From: Candidatus Latescibacterota bacterium
GTDB taxonomy: Bacteria > Latescibacterota > UBA2968 > UBA8231
Direction: 5' to 3'
DNA length: 64,000 nucleotides
Assembly: GCA_965206595.1 (NCBI GenBank)
Contig: OZ242214.1
Coordinates: forward strand, 4,032,001 to 4,096,000
Position 1 is the first letter of the stretch; every line of letters starts with the position of its first letter. The notes below the pieces were generated by a model. It worked only from the letters and a program-made list of their open reading frames with translations. It had not been told where the DNA came from and searched no databases. The position numbers were made by a program, and so were the translations under genes. Below are positions 63,793 to 64,000 of this stretch, piece by piece.

Positions 63793-64000
63793 ATGAGACA
63801 AGATGATTTGACGGGTGTATGGGTGGCCGATGAAGATAGGGCGGGAGAATACAAGTTGTGGTTCTTTGAAGATGGTAACTTAGAAGCCTATCGGTCTACA
63901 ACAACGGGTCGCCTTCCAGATAAGCCCACGTTCAAGATGGGTTGGCGCATAGGGCGAAAGGGAACCCTAATCCTGATTTTCACGCCCAGATACGTCAATA
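63793..64000 (+). CDS. Hypothetical protein running off the window end
   Basis: ATG at 63793, open frame MRQDDLTGVWVADED... to the end. Confidence 0.4.
   Translation, partial: MRQDDLTGVWVADEDRAGEYKLWFFEDGNLEAYRSTTTGRLPDKPTFKMGWRIGRKGTLILIFTPRYVN

Overview
GC-rich bacterial window, mostly a decaying defence/mobile island followed by metabolic cargo. The left half (4.4-27.9 kb, minus strand) is one co-oriented, partly translationally coupled gene string. Its intact backbone is a DUF499-type BREX-related module: an XRE-HTH/SNF2 helicase/DUF3883-like protein, a DUF1156 adenine methyltransferase and a DUF499 AAA+ ATPase. Between these core genes sit a complete short prokaryotic Argonaute system (TIR-APAZ plus short pAgo, SPARTA-type), three ABC-ATPase/partner pairs (two TOPRIM-like, one PIN-like), an ATPase/PD-(D/E)XK protein and several toxin-antitoxin pairs. 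The last 60-90 bp of the DUF499 gene occur three times. About nine same-orientation remnants of the 3' end of an ISCR/IS91-like rolling-circle element are scattered across the window. The middle holds HEPN-like orphans, a broken DUF6361-like/PLD-like pair, IS3, hicBA, a broken AbiE pair, GmrSD and a truncated HsdM. The right holds oxidoreductase, dioxygenase and monooxygenase genes plus IS701, ISL3 and IS66 elements. No rRNA, tRNA or CRISPR array was seen. All family calls come from motif recognition by eye, not database searches.
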